From NCBI GenBank assembly GCA_951406725.2, contig OX597820.1:58590001-58654000 (forward strand): a stretch of DNA of 64,000 nucleotides. The letters are read 5' to 3'. The notes below the pieces were generated by a model that saw only the letters and a list, made by a program, of their open reading frames with translations, was not told where the DNA came from and searched no databases. This stretch comes from Octopus vulgaris (taxonomy: Eukaryota). Positions 11,169 through 23,527 of this stretch are shown here, one piece after another; position 1 is the first letter of the stretch, and every line of letters begins with the position of its first letter. Both the position numbers and the translations under genes were made by a program.

Positions 11169-14100
11169 TTATCAAATTCATTCTTTTGAACTGAGAAGAG
11201 GAACATACCAAGCTTGAGGCAGTATAAGCTACATGATCACCAACACTGACTTCATAAAAATTAACTGTTTTTATTCTGCTTATAGGTGGGTAGCTGTAAT
11301 TAATTCAATCTAAGTAATTATCGGTAGTTCATGACACTCTTACCAAGAGGAATATTCAGTTAGAAAATGTTACAAACATGCAATGTTAGATTTGTAGATT
11401 TACATGGAAATGGAAAGTTGTGGAAAGTTTGAAGACTTCTTCATTGGACCTATGGGGAATGCCTCTCAGACCTAAATTATTCCTTTAGTGAATGTTGGTG
11501 ATAGTGTATGTATATATATATATATATGTGTGTGTGTGTATTTTTACATTTTGCATATAACCCTCCAATATTAAAATGATCAATTATAACTTTGGTAGTC
11601 ATGTTTAGTGTATGTGATAGTTTTTTTACTAGTGTTGTTTGATAGTTGGAAACTGTAGAAAGAAGTTTGTCATTAACCATCATCATTTAACATGGTTTCC
11701 ATGCTGGCATGTGTTGGACAGTTTGACAGGCACTGGCAAGCCAGAGAGCTACATCAGGTTCCATAGTCAGTTTTGGTTTGGTTTGGTTTGGTTTCTACAG
11801 CTGGGTGCTTTTTACATGGTACCAGCACATGTGCTTTTTATGTGGTACCGGCACAGATGATTTTTACATGACACCAGTACCAGTGGAGTCATTAAGTAAC
11901 TTGCAAGACAAAGACCTCTCAGTTGAGAAAGGGAGTGAAATCAAGGGAAGTAGCTGTGTGCTAGCTAGGCAAGAGGTTAAAGTATAATAGGGGGACAGAG
12001 ATAGTTATTTTACTGTAGAGGAAATAGGTCTGCATAAGTTTTAAAAATATATTATGAAATTACTATATATTAAAAATATATTATTAATATATTAAAAATA
12101 TATTATGAACACAAAGGGGACATGTTTTAAGAAATATTGTATTTAACTTTCTTCCATTTTTGTTGGGTGGGGCGGTTCAAGCTAGAAGAGTGATAATATC
12201 ACTTTTAAAGATGTTCTCTCCTAAGACTACACTTTCAATATAACCTATGTGAACTTGTTACAGAGAAAATATGATTTCACAAGTAACTATGTATTTTGTG
12301 GTTCTCAACTTGCATTCATTTTACAAGTTTGCAAAATAACTGGTATTTCTGCAGGTGTTGTTAGTGTTATGTAAATGTTTTTATGTATATTTATGTACAG
12401 CAATCATATTGAATATCTAGTTTATATATGCTAAGATAATAAATCATCAGCCATGTATAGACTATCACAATTGACACACAAAGACATTTGAATCGGTTAA
12501 CAAGCAGACTGTTTTATCTGGTTTATTTTAAACATTACATTTGGTGATCAGTGTGTCATGGGCTGAAGGTTTCCAATGATAAAACTGCTTGCTTATTTCT
12601 TGATAACATGAGTAACAAAGGAACACCTATGTGACGTGAGCTAAAATTCACCCAGAGCATTTTTATTCAAAAGCAGCTGTTCTTTTCTTAGTTTTCTTGT
12701 TGATATATACATGGATGATATACACCCAGCAAAACACATTCAGCAAAGCAGTCGTTAATAGTCTTGCAATTTAATATATCTATTATCATTGGCTGATAAA
12801 AATTGGATCACAAGTTGTGTGGTTGAATACAACAGCTATTCCAGTGCATGCCAAAAGACAAATTTTGTCATTGGCTTTCACAAATACACAGTGGGACACT
12901 TCTTCCATTCTCATTAACTCTTTTGTGATAATATTTCCTTTGAAATATTCTGTTTTAATTAAACTGAAAATAAGTATTCAGAAAAATGTTAATAGTATTA
13001 TCAACTTTGTCAATATAGTGTTTAGTACATATTTTAAGCAGTGGTTTTAATTTGACTATGAACACTTTAAAACTGGCATATTTTGTTATAGTGTTGTGGG
13101 TGTTATTGGGTAGGTTGGTTTCAAAATGGTTAATGAGAAAGAGTGGAAAGCTTCATCATCATCATCATTTAACATCTGCTTTCCATGCTGACATTATTTT
13201 AAATATTTAATTAGTTTCACACGTTCCCATACTTTGTTAGGTGAGGTGCCAATGTTGTAATGACATAGTTTTAGTAAATATAAGAAATAGTTTTGAATTT
13301 AACAATGGTAGATTTATTTGGTATTTACCGTAGCTACTATTGTGTTTATTTTGATGATTATCTCATGGATAACCTTGTTAAATAGGAACCTAATCTTTGA
13401 AGGTTGACGAATCATTCTAGTGAAGTTACTAAATAGAAGTGTATATTCATTGTCTGTTAACACATTTTTAAATTACTTACTGGTCAGTTTTGATTGACCA
13501 GACCATCATCATCATCGTTTAACATCCATTTTCCATGCTGGCATGGGTTGGATAGTTTGACTGAGGACTGGCAAGCCAGTAGGCTGCACCAGGCTTGATA
13601 CTATTATTAAAGAAAAAACAAGATCACAAATCCATTGCTTACAGTGAAATCTCAGTTAAGTGAGGAACTTCGATATGCAATGTTCACTCCATGTATGTAA
13701 ATAAAAAGTTAAAAATTTGTCAAAAACTTGCAAAATTTAATGTAAATACTAGAAATTTATAAATGCTATTGTAAGTGCTAAAATGTTATAAATACAAGAA
13801 AGTTGTAATTATCATGTCAGTATTACTGTTTTTATAGCAACCAAAGTCACATAGATAAGGAACATTTGAGTTTGCTAGTTAGAGAGATTGTACTTATTTG
13901 TGTTTAGGATCTTGAGAGATTTGCAAGTTGGTGTTTACATAATCATGTGTCACTGGCCAAGTGAATGCTGTCATGTGCATCTGTTTTCATTACATTGCAG
14001 ATCTCAGGAACATATCATTAGTCTAAGAATATCACTGTCATAAAATTACTGTCTCTAAATTCATAAATTATCAAACCTTGGTTAGCTTTCTGTGACCATC

Positions 14101-14879
14101 TTGGTTATGCTGTAAGTTGCAATTGTTAGTATATGGTTAATATGATGACACTATTCACTGTTTGTGGTGACCTACCAAATTAAATGTACTTGGGTGTGTC
14201 CATTCAGAGGTTTGCTATGGTTACCTGAGTTATGTAGGTTGTAACAAGTAAATATGACTTGACACTTTAACATTTAAACTGGCCAGATCTGACCCCTCAC
14301 ACCTATCCTACAATGCCATTCTGAAGATAAACTACCACATCACAAAAACCCCAAAGCTATGAGATAATGCATGATTAATTCAAAACAATGTCTAAAAATA
14401 AGTATTACCTTTAACAGAATAGTCTGAATGTGAAATGGTTATATGGTTAGTGTAGCTAGCTTTGGTACCATGGTGTATGTGAATGGAAGATGAATTTCTC
14501 TCTCTAGATATAACAAGAGTTCTTTTATGAACTGATATAAATTTGGGCAAAGTTTTTTGAGTGGTAATGAAAATAAGCAATTGATTGAAATTGGACAGAA
14601 ATAAGTTCTTGAAGGTGAAATCTACATGACTCTCCTATTGGAATTCAACTATCTTGTTTCTTAGTCACTCAAGCAGTTGTTTGCACAGAGTGTCTTCCAT
14701 TTCAACTAACCATCATCATCATCATCATCATCGTTTAGCGTCCGTTTTCCATGCTAGCATGGGTTGGACGGGTCAACTGGGGTCTGTGAAGCTGGAAGGC
14801 TTCGTCAGGCCCAGTCAGATCTGGCAGTGTTTCTACGGCTGGATGCCCTTCCTAACGCCAACCACTCCGCGAGTGTAGT

Positions 14880-15750
14880 GGGTGTTTTTACGTGCCACCT
14901 GCACAGGTGCCAGACAGAGCTGGCGAACGGCCATGAACGGATGGTGCTTTTACGTGTCACCGGCACGGGGCCAGGCGATGCTGGCAACGGACACGAACGG
15001 ATGGTGCTTTTACGTGCCACCAACACGGGGCCAGGCAGAGCTGGCAACCGGCCACGAACGGACGCGAACGGATGGTGCTTTTACGTGCCACCGACACGGT
15101 TGCCAGACAGAGCTGGCAAACGGCCACGAGCGGACGGTGCTTTTACATGTCACCGGCACGGGGGCCAGCCGAGGCTGGCAACGGACACGGACGGATGGTG
15201 CTTTTACGTGCCACCGACACGGGGCCAGACAGAGCTGGCAAACGGCCACGAACGGATGGTGCTTTTACGTGTCACCGGCACGGGGGCCAGCTGAGGCTGG
15301 CAACGGACGCGAACAGATGGTGCTTTTACGTGCCACCGATACGGTTGCCAGACAGAGCTGGCAAACGGCCACGAGCGGACGGTGCTTTTACGTGTCACCG
15401 GCACGGGGGCCAGCCGAGGCTGGCAACGGACACGGACGGATGGTGCTTTTACGTGCCACCGACACGGGGCCAGACAGAGCTGGCAAACGGCCACGAACGG
15501 ATGGTGCTTTTACGTGCCACTGACACGGGGCCAGACAGAGCTGGCCAACGGCCACGAACGGACGGTGCTTTTACGTGTCACCGGCATGGGGCCAGGCGAG
15601 GCTGGCAACGAACACGAATGGATGGTGCTTTTACGTGCCACCGACACGGGGCCAGGCAGAGCTGGCAAACGGCCATGAGCGAATGGTGCTTTTACGTATC
15701 ACCGGCACGGGTGCCAGACGAGGCTGACAGCGGACACGAACAGATGGGTC
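14880..15750 (-). repeat. Tandem array of about 14 units of ~61 bp in the RTE 3' UTR
   Basis: GGTGCTTTTACGTG recurs about every 60-62 bp; two alternating unit variants. Confidence 0.95.
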
Positions 15751-15794
15751 ACTTAACCCCTGCTTTCTGATCTATGATTTGATTTTGATTGTTC

Positions 15795-18005
15795 TCACTG
15801 GTCTTGCCGGGTCTTCTCACACACAGCATACTTCCATAGGTCTCGGTCTCTGGTCATTTCCTTGGTGAGACCTAGAGTTCGAAGGTCGTGCTTCACCACC
15901 TCGACCCAGGTTTTCCTGGGTCTACCTCTTCCACAGGTCCCCTCAACTGCCAGGGTGTGGCACTTTTTCACACACCTATCTTCATCCATTCTCACCACAT
16001 GACCATACCAGCGCAATCGTCTCTCTTGCACACAACATCTGATTCCTCTTAGGTCCAACTTTTCTCTCAAGGTACTTACACTCTGTCGACTATGAACACT
16101 GACATTACACATCCAACGGAGCATATTAGCTTCATTTCTCGCGAGCTTACGCATGTCCTCAGCAGTCACGGCCCATGTTTCACTGCCATGTAGCATGGCT
16201 GTTCGTACACATGCATCATACAGTCTGCCTTTTACTCTGAGCGAGAGGCCTTTAGTCACCAACAGAGGTAAGAGCTCCCTAAACTTTGCCCAGGCTATTC
16301 TTACTCTAGCCGTTACACTTTCAGCACACCCACCCCCACTACTGACTTGGTCACCAAGATAACGGAAGCTATCAACTACTTCTAGTTTTTCTCCCTGGAA
16401 AGTGACGGAAGTTGTTTTCTGCAGATTTTCAGAGGTTAATACTCCCGAGCATCTGCCACATACAAAAACCATCTTCCTAGTTAGCCTTCCTATGACATTG
16501 CTGCACCTCTTATGTGTCCATAGCTTACACTTGGTGCATCTTATAGAGTTTCTACCTACACCTTTTCTACAGATCGAGCAGGGCCATCTACCTGAAGGCG
16601 TTTGTGATTTGTCTACCTTCCTACTTATTACGACTTTGGTTTTAGCTAGGTTGACTCTAAGGCCCTTCGATTCTAAACCATGCTTCCACACCTGAAACTT
16701 CTTCTCCAGTTCTGATAATGACTCAGCAATTAGAGCAAGGTCATCAGCATAGAGGAGCTCCCAGGGGCATCCTGTCTTGAATTCCTCCGTTATTGCCTGG
16801 AGGACTATGATAAATAGGAGGGGGCTGAGGACTGAGCCTTGGTGGACCCCTACCTCTACCCGGAATTCTTCACTGTACTCGTTTCCAACCCTCACCTTAC
16901 TAGCAGCGTCCCTGTACATGGCTTGCACAGCTCTCACTAACCATTCTTCTATTCCTAGTTTCCTCATTGACCACCATATGAGGGATCGGGGGACCCTGTC
17001 GAAGGCTTTCTCCATGTCAACAAAAGCCAGGTACAGGGGCTTATCTTTGGCTAGGTATTTCTCCTGCAGCTGCCTTACCAGGAATATAGCATCAGTGGTA
17101 CTTTTCCCTGGCACGAAACCAAACTGCATCTCATCTAAACTAACTCTCTCTCTAATTAGTTGGCTTATGACCCTCTCTGTAACCTTCATCACCTGATCCA
17201 ACAGCTTGATACCTCTGTAATTATTTGTATCTAGGGCATCACCTTTACCTTTGTAGCAGTTGACTATTATGCTGCTACACCAGTCATTGGGTATGACTCC
17301 TTCATGTATCACCTGATTAACTATACAGGTGACTAGGCTATAGCCGACACTACCAGATATTTTGAGCATCTCTGCAGTGATACCTGATGGGCCTGGGGCT
17401 TTCCCTGTCTTCATGCTTCTAATTGCCTTAGCTACTAAGGAACTATCAACCCTGATAGCTGGTCCCTCTGTTGGGTCAACGTTCGACAGACTCTCTTTAT
17501 CCCATTCATTTTCTTTATTCAGCAACCTTTCATAGTGGCATCTCCAAGCCTCTCTCTTTGCATCCTCGTTTAGCGCAAGTGAACCATCTTCCATGCGAAC
17601 ACACTTCTCTCCCACCACATCACAATTCTCTCTCACACACTGTCTTGCAACGCGAAACACCTCCAGTCTTTGGTCCTCACGGCGCAGAACATTGGCAAAT
17701 TTTTTCTTATCTGCTTCCCCTCTGGCTAGATAGACCTGTCTCCTAGCTTCCCTTTTAGCAGTCTGATACAATTCCCTGCTACCACCATTCTTCCAGTGCT
17801 TCCAAGTCTGTCTCTTTTCTCTAATAGCCCTGTCTACGACACTGTTCCACCACCACGTTACCTTGGGACGAGAGGGGGGGACTTTGCACCAGCCACAGAT
17901 CTGGTCAGTGGCTCTCAGCAGGTTGTCCCTTAGAAACGTCCAGTTGTCCTCTACCCCATGTGATACACTATCCCCTTCTACTTCGTCAAAGGCTTCAAGT
18001 AACAT
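15795..18005 (-). CDS. RTE LINE reverse transcriptase ORF remnant (736 aa, uninterrupted, N-terminally truncated, with internal PHD finger)
   Basis: KAPGPSGI, KGKGD, NYRGI, QFGF, KAFD, QGSVLSP, YADD, FRYLG motifs; C4HC3 pattern CSIC..CTKC..HKRC..CGRC. Confidence 0.92.
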   Translation of the reverse strand: MLLEAFDEVEGDSVSHGVEDNWTFLRDNLLRATDQICGWCKVPPSRPKVTWWWNSVVDRAIREKRQTWKHWKNGGSRELYQTAKREARRQVYLARGEADKKKFANVLRREDQRLEVFRVARQCVRENCDVVGEKCVRMEDGSLALNEDAKREAWRCHYERLLNKENEWDKESLSNVDPTEGPAIRVDSSLVAKAIRSMKTGKAPGPSGITAEMLKISGSVGYSLVTCIVNQVIHEGVIPNDWCSSIIVNCYKGKGDALDTNNYRGIKLLDQVMKVTERVISQLIRERVSLDEMQFGFVPGKSTTDAIFLVRQLQEKYLAKDKPLYLAFVDMEKAFDRVPRSLIWWSMRKLGIEEWLVRAVQAMYRDAASKVRVGNEYSEEFRVEVGVHQGSVLSPLLFIIVLQAITEEFKTGCPWELLYADDLALIAESLSELEKKFQVWKHGLESKGLRVNLAKTKVVISRKVDKSQTPSGRWPCSICRKGVGRNSIRCTKCKLWTHKRCSNVIGRLTRKMVFVCGRCSGVLTSENLQKTTSVTFQGEKLEVVDSFRYLGDQVSSGGGCAESVTARVRIAWAKFRELLPLLVTKGLSLRVKGRLYDACVRTAMLHGSETWAVTAEDMRKLARNEANMLRWMCNVSVHSRQSVSTLREKLDLRGIRCCVQERRLRWYGHVVRMDEDRCVKKCHTLAVEGTCGRGRPRKTWVEVVKHDLRTLGLTKEMTRDRDLWKYAVCEKTRQDQ

Positions 18006-18220
18006 ATGTATGTCATTAAAAGTACCTAGTTAGACAGGTAACTAGCCCTTGGAGACCCTCTACGTAAAAACTGTATAGAATTTAGAGAAGAATAATGTAT
18101 CAACATATGTCATTAAGATATTTAATGTAACAGTGATTATAAATTCAGAATATTTTCCAACAGTATATAATGTATGTCATCAGAAAGTCTACATTTGTCT
18201 TATACCAAAAAAAAAAACCA

Positions 18221-19006
18221 CTACTTGCTGTCTCTTGACGAGAAGTGCGAGTTGTTCTTTGCATCTTCAACATCTGACATCTGCCTCTTGACATCTATTG
18301 TTTTCCATCTGGACCATTCACTTGACAATGACATTCTGCCACTTTGAGCAGTCCTTGGCAATTGTCTCCCAGATATTTGGGTCAATGAATCTGCAGAAGA
18401 GAGCGAGCTTAAGCTGGTCTCAGAAGCAGAATTTGAGAGCTCTGCATGGTCTGGAGCCAACTCTACAAAGAGGAGTTGATGGAGGAGGCGTGTTTGAAGC
18501 ATACGTATGATGTATTCCAACCAGCATAGGCAGTGTCGTTCCGTGGTAGCTTCAATGCTGGGCACTCCAGCCCAGAGCAGATCGTTTTCATTGGTAATAT
18601 AGTCTTTCAATGAATGCATGAAGTTTGTGCTATTGGAAAGGTTCAATTTTCTTCAAGTCACATTGATACAACACCCTTGTCTCACAGGAATGTTGTAGAG
18701 GAGTGTGGAGAGAATGACAGTTTGGAAAACCATGATTTTCATTTGGATGATGGAGTCATGGTTTAGGAAGACTTGCTTTGAGTTTTCGAAAAGAAGTATC
18801 GGTTGTGCTGGTCTTATTCTCAATTTCTTTCTGAGTGGTGCAGTTGCTGGACAGGTAGCTTCCAAGGTATGGAAAGGCTTGGCTTCCATGGTTTCCAAGA
18901 CAGTGCCACTTAGCCTTAAATCACTGGTGTCAGAGTAAGATTGAGTAGGGGCTCCCTGTACAAGGATCATCTTCTTTACATTTGTGGTCAGACCAAAGCA
19001 TGCCAT
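18221..19006 (-). mobile_element. Decayed RTE-BovB-type LINE, RT C-terminal region
   Basis: Frameshifted pieces FGLTTNVKK, VILSTLLY, ITNENDLLWAGVPSIEA, RMLQTRLLHQLLFVEL resemble BovB ORF2. Confidence 0.7.
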
Positions 19007-19595
19007 TTTAATTCAACAGTAGTCTTGTTGAGGGCATGACAACTTCTCTAGTGCTGGTGCAACAACAAAATAGACCAAGTCCACTCTATAAAGTAATAGG
19101 TATTAGGAAGGGCATCCAGCCATGGAAATCATGCCAGAGTTGGAATGTACACTTGAGAAGTCAGTCTGAAAAAAGACTAACTCAGATCATAGCAACCATC
19201 TACTTCATGCTCAACGTATAAAGCAGATGTAAAATTATGATGATACTGTTCATGGGAATTCCTGTATACTCTTGTATTCTAATGACTTAGCTCTTATAAC
19301 TGAATCTGTAGATTTAGAGAAGAAATTTTTAGACATGTAAACTGAACAAAGACAAAAGTTTTTTAAGTAGGAAAGAAGACAGGACTCTGCTACCATCCCA
19401 GAAATAGTTTTGCTCTATAGACAGAAATTAGGTAAAAAATAAGGTAATGTACTGGATATAAATTATAAATGACAAGAGATGTAGTGACATCATAGGCAGG
19501 CAGAAAAAGCTGTTAAACCTCATTTGGCAGATGGATACAAGTAGCTTGTAGTAAGAGCACACAGGAAATAATTTCCTTTAAATGCTCATAAAATA

Positions 19596-19760
19596 GGCGC
19601 AGGAGTGGCTGTGTGGTAGGTAGCTTGCTAACCAACCACATGGTTCCGGGTTCAGTCCCACTGCGTGGCACCTTGGGCAAGTGTCTTCTACTATAGCCCC
19701 GGACCGACCAAAGCCTTGTGAGTGGATTTGGTAGACGGAAACTGAAAGAAGCCTGTCGTA

Positions 19761-19799
<39 letters not shown>

Positions 19800-19998
19800 G
19801 TGTGTGTGTTTGTCCCCCTAGCATTGCTTGACAACCGATGCTGGTGTGTTTACGTCCCCGTCACTTAGCGGTTCGGCAAAAGAGACGGATAGAATAAGCA
19901 CTGGGCTTACAAAGAATAAGTCCCGGGGTCGATTTGCTCGACTAAAGGCGGTGCTCCAGCATGGCCGCAGTCAAAATGACTGAAAAGAGTAAGAGTAT
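19596..19998 (+). mobile_element. tRNA-derived SINE family A (CORE-like), full length
   Basis: Box A TGGCTGTGTGG, box B GGTTCAGTCCC, CORE-like CCTTGGGCAAGT, internal (TA)/(TG) tract, conserved 3' domain; many copies in the window. Confidence 0.9.
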
Positions 19999-20591
19999 AA
20001 GGTTTTTTTGGGGGTTTTTTTTCCAGAATTTGATAGCTTTTGATACCTAATTAACAGTGGAGATGGCTGCTTTGAAAGTATAGTTACCAGAGTAAGAATG
20101 GAATGGTAATGTTCTGAGAGCTATTATTACACCTGGTATCAGAGGGTTTCTCTCTTGGTGTGATGAGCAGGTTGCATGATTCTGGCATAAGTGGTGTGAT
20201 TTTGAGTTCTTCTGTTTTGTGGTACTTTTGGTGTCTTGTAAATGAAGCAAATACTGGCTTGTCAATCCCTTGGGAATGGATTTGGTACATGAAAACTGTA
20301 GGAACCCATCATGTATATACGTGTGCACATGTGTGTGTAAATGTTTACATTCTACATCCTCATATTAAAATTGTTGAGCAAAAGCTGGTGATATTCGGTT
20401 GACATAACCTGTTAATATGTCCAGAACTCTCCTTTTTTGAAGAGGAGTGGAATAAAAACAATTTCATTACTTGAAAATTAGATAAGATTTAGTGACAGTA
20501 AGGGCATTCGACTGTAAAAACATGCTTCACTATATATTTGTTTCCATCTCATGCTAGCAATGAAAATCTGACATAAAATAAATGAACAAAC

Positions 20592-20982
20592 ATCAAGCCA
20601 AGTGAAATCGTAGTCATGATCGATGTCAGTGCCACGTAACTGGCACTTGTGCCAGTGACATGTAAAAAGCACCCTTCAAACATTGGGCCTCACAGAAGCA
20701 GTAACAAGTGACTGAGACCCTTGGTGATATACCATGCTTGAGAAGACCTGTCAAGCTAAGTGAGATCATAACCATGGCCAGTGCTGATGTTCTGTAACTG
20801 ATACCTGTGCCAGTGACACATAAAAGGCACCCACTACACTCAGAGTGGTTGGCATTAGGAATAGCATCCAACTGTAGAAACCATGCCAAATCAGATTGGA
20901 ACCTGGTGCAGCTCCCCATTTTACCAGTTTTCAGTCAGATTGTCCAGCCCATGCCAGCATGGAATAGGGACATTAAATGATG
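20592..20982 (+). mobile_element. Older RTE 3' fragment
   Basis: Decayed repeat units and tail (CCATGCCAGCATGGAA...TTAAATGATG). Confidence 0.75.
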
Positions 20983-21290
20983 TGTGTGTGTGCACACGTG
21001 TGTTTCTGTCCCTCTCATCATACTTTCTCTCATTGCCTAGCATAAATTCACCTCCCTCAATACTTCGCCCACCTCATTTGAAGGATCTTGCTTTGCAAGT
21101 TACTTGGTGACCTCACTGGTGCTAGTGCCACATAAAAATCACCCTTTTCACAGTAAAGCAGTTGGTATTAGAAAGGGTATGCAACTGTAGAAATCCTACC
21201 AAAGCTGACATTGGAGGTTGGTGGAGCTCTCTGGCTCATTAGCTCCTGTCAAATCATCCAGCCCATGCCAGCATGGAAAATGGACATTAA

Positions 21291-21510
21291 CCCTTTCATT
21301 ATCAACCCGGCTGAAACCGGCTCTGGCTCTGAGTACAAATGTCTTGTTTTCATAAGTTTTGAATCAAAATCTTCCACCAAACCTTAGTCACAATTTATGT
21401 TCCTAATTCTAGCTTAATGATAACTAAGTTATTTTATTAAATTCCTTATTATATTCAAAGTAATTGAAAGAAACACAGATCATCTCAAAATAAATACAGT
21501 CACAAAAGGG
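21291..21510. mobile_element. piggyBac-like MITE (family 2)
   Basis: TTAA|CCCTTT ... AAAGGG|TTAA, inserted at the TTAA of an RTE tail remnant. Confidence 0.8.
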
Positions 21511-22748
21511 TTAAATATGTATGCATGCACTGAACCTACCCTTGCGCAATTTTCATTTACCAAATTTCAGTCAGATGTGTTTTGGTCTACCCATGTTTAT
21601 ACAGTAAATAGTTGACTCTTGCCCAGAGTGTCACACTGTTGCATTGAAACTGGGTTCTCATAGTTGAGAAATAGGTTTCTTAATAACACACACACACACA
21701 CTAAATATTAATTTGCTGGTGAATTTAGTGTGCTTTGTATTGTTGTTTGTAGGAAGGCAATAATTTTTTTCACACATTAAAGCAGTTTTATTGTTATGTC
21801 ACTAACAAGGTAGGTTTATGTTAGAGATTTTTGTCCAGATGTCATGTACTTTCATAAAACACACACACACACTTACATTTTCTATATCTGAATAGTGTGT
21901 CAATTTACAAATCAACATTGAAAAGATACATATTAAGGTCACCTCAGTGTGTCTGGTTATATTCTTTTATTCATTTACTTTTTTCAATCAATTGACTGCA
22001 GCCATGCTGAAACACCACCTTGGAGGGATTTAGTTGAAAAAAATTGACCCAAGACTTATTCTTTGTAAACCTAGTATTATTCTAGTGGTCTCTTGTGCCA
22101 AAATGCTAAATTACAGGAGACGTAAACACACTAGCATTAAGTACAAACACATACATACACACAAGCATACATTTATATATGTAACAGGCTTCTTTCTGTG
22201 GGGCAGGGCAAAGATACGCTCACATAAATATATATATCATTATTATGCAAAAGTGTTGTAAGTACAAAACATTGCTTTTTCAGAAAACAAAAAAATAGTT
22301 TCACTATTCCATTTCTTTTTACATTAGTAATAGTTTCAGCTTAACAGTAATACTTTGTTGGTTGCATAAAATCATAACTCCATGAATGTTTCCTGTCAGA
22401 AATATTTTTGCAAAACTGTCGTATGTGGGGCTTACTACACTTTTGAAAAATGCTATACCATTTGTACTACACATTGACAATTCTCATTTGAAGGAGCTGG
22501 AGATAATAGTTTGACCAAAAATCTGGTCACTGCAAGCCAAATTAAATATTGATAAAAAGACACATTTGGTTGAATTTGGACATATGACAGTTTAACATAA
22601 TAGCAACAATATATATATATGATAGGCTTCTTTCAGTTTCCATCTACCAGATCCAATCACAAGGCTTTGGTCAGCCCAAGGTGCCATGTTGTGGGACTGA
22701 ATCCGGAACCATGTGGCTGAGAAGCAAGCTTTTTACCACACAGTCACG

Positions 22749-22792
<44 letters not shown>

Positions 22793-23159
22793 TATTTCCT
22801 TGTATTCCTTTCTGTTGAAGACCATGGGCTCGAAACATAAAAGACGTTTGCACTTTCCCAAGTGTCAAACTAATACACTTGCTTGTTATATATATGTATA
22901 TCAGTTCGTTTTGCAAGATTCCTGATGTGAAATCGGATGTTGAAACTGATGTTGTATTTCGGGATGGTCTTTATATTTATTTTTTTTTACCAAATAAACA
23001 TATGCACTATATATTCTTTTACTTCTTTCAGTCATTTGACTGTGGCCATGCTGGAGCTAATGAAGTTCATAAAATAATCATTTATTCTTTTGTCATAGCT
23101 CTTATTACTGCTTTATACTTGGCTTACACTTACATGTGTGTGTGTATGTATGTATGGCA

Positions 23160-23527
23160 ATTTTGAGAAGGACTGAGAGAGCAATCGGGAAAGAAATGTG
23201 TGGCATGAGGCTGTTTGATAAAAGGGGGACTGAGGGCTTGATGGGGTTGAAGGAATTAGTGGAACGGCTGGCAAATGCGAATGGATTGCAGTGGTACGTG
23301 TTGGGGAGGTATGAGGAGCATGTTCTGAATAGGGTGCTAGAGTTTCAGGTAAATGGACAGCAAAAGCGAGGAAGATGTGGAGGAGATTGGGAGGGTTGGC
23401 TTGAGAAAGGAGGACACCCAAAACCAGGCAAGATGGTGTGAGGGCAGTTGCTATGGCATTGAGGTAGATCTGGCCACCCCAATCAACGGGAACAAAACCC
23501 AGATTTAAAATGATGGATGATGATGAT
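23160..23527 (+). mobile_element. Decayed RTE LINE 3' end (distinct family)
   Basis: LRRTERA..MCGMRLFDK..LQWY..VLEFQVNGQQKRGR followed by a (GAT)n tail. Confidence 0.7.

Larger units (their letters stand above)
14711..18005 (-). mobile_element. 5'-truncated RTE-clade LINE copy 3 (longest; diverged subfamily)
   Basis: RT ORF 15795-18005, expanded 3' UTR array, (GAT)n tail; no APE endonuclease domain present. Confidence 0.97.

Noticed and set aside
14880-15750. CRISPR-like regularly spaced repeat array
   Set aside because: Whole units repeat with no unique spacers, no cas genes are present, and the array lies in a eukaryotic LINE 3' UTR.
14654-15770. Many overlapping 80-230 aa ORFs (also at ~2 kb, 6 kb, 8.3 kb, 31.3 kb and 41.7 kb)
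   Set aside because: By-products of a GC-rich, stop-poor tandem repeat; no domain content.
15795-18005. Autonomous active LINE
   Set aside because: The ORF is open but 5'-truncated and lacks the endonuclease and promoter; the start codon lies at the truncation junction.
19596-19670. tRNA-like sequences at SINE heads
   Set aside because: Box A/B only, fused to SINE bodies, with no complete cloverleaf; not tRNA genes.
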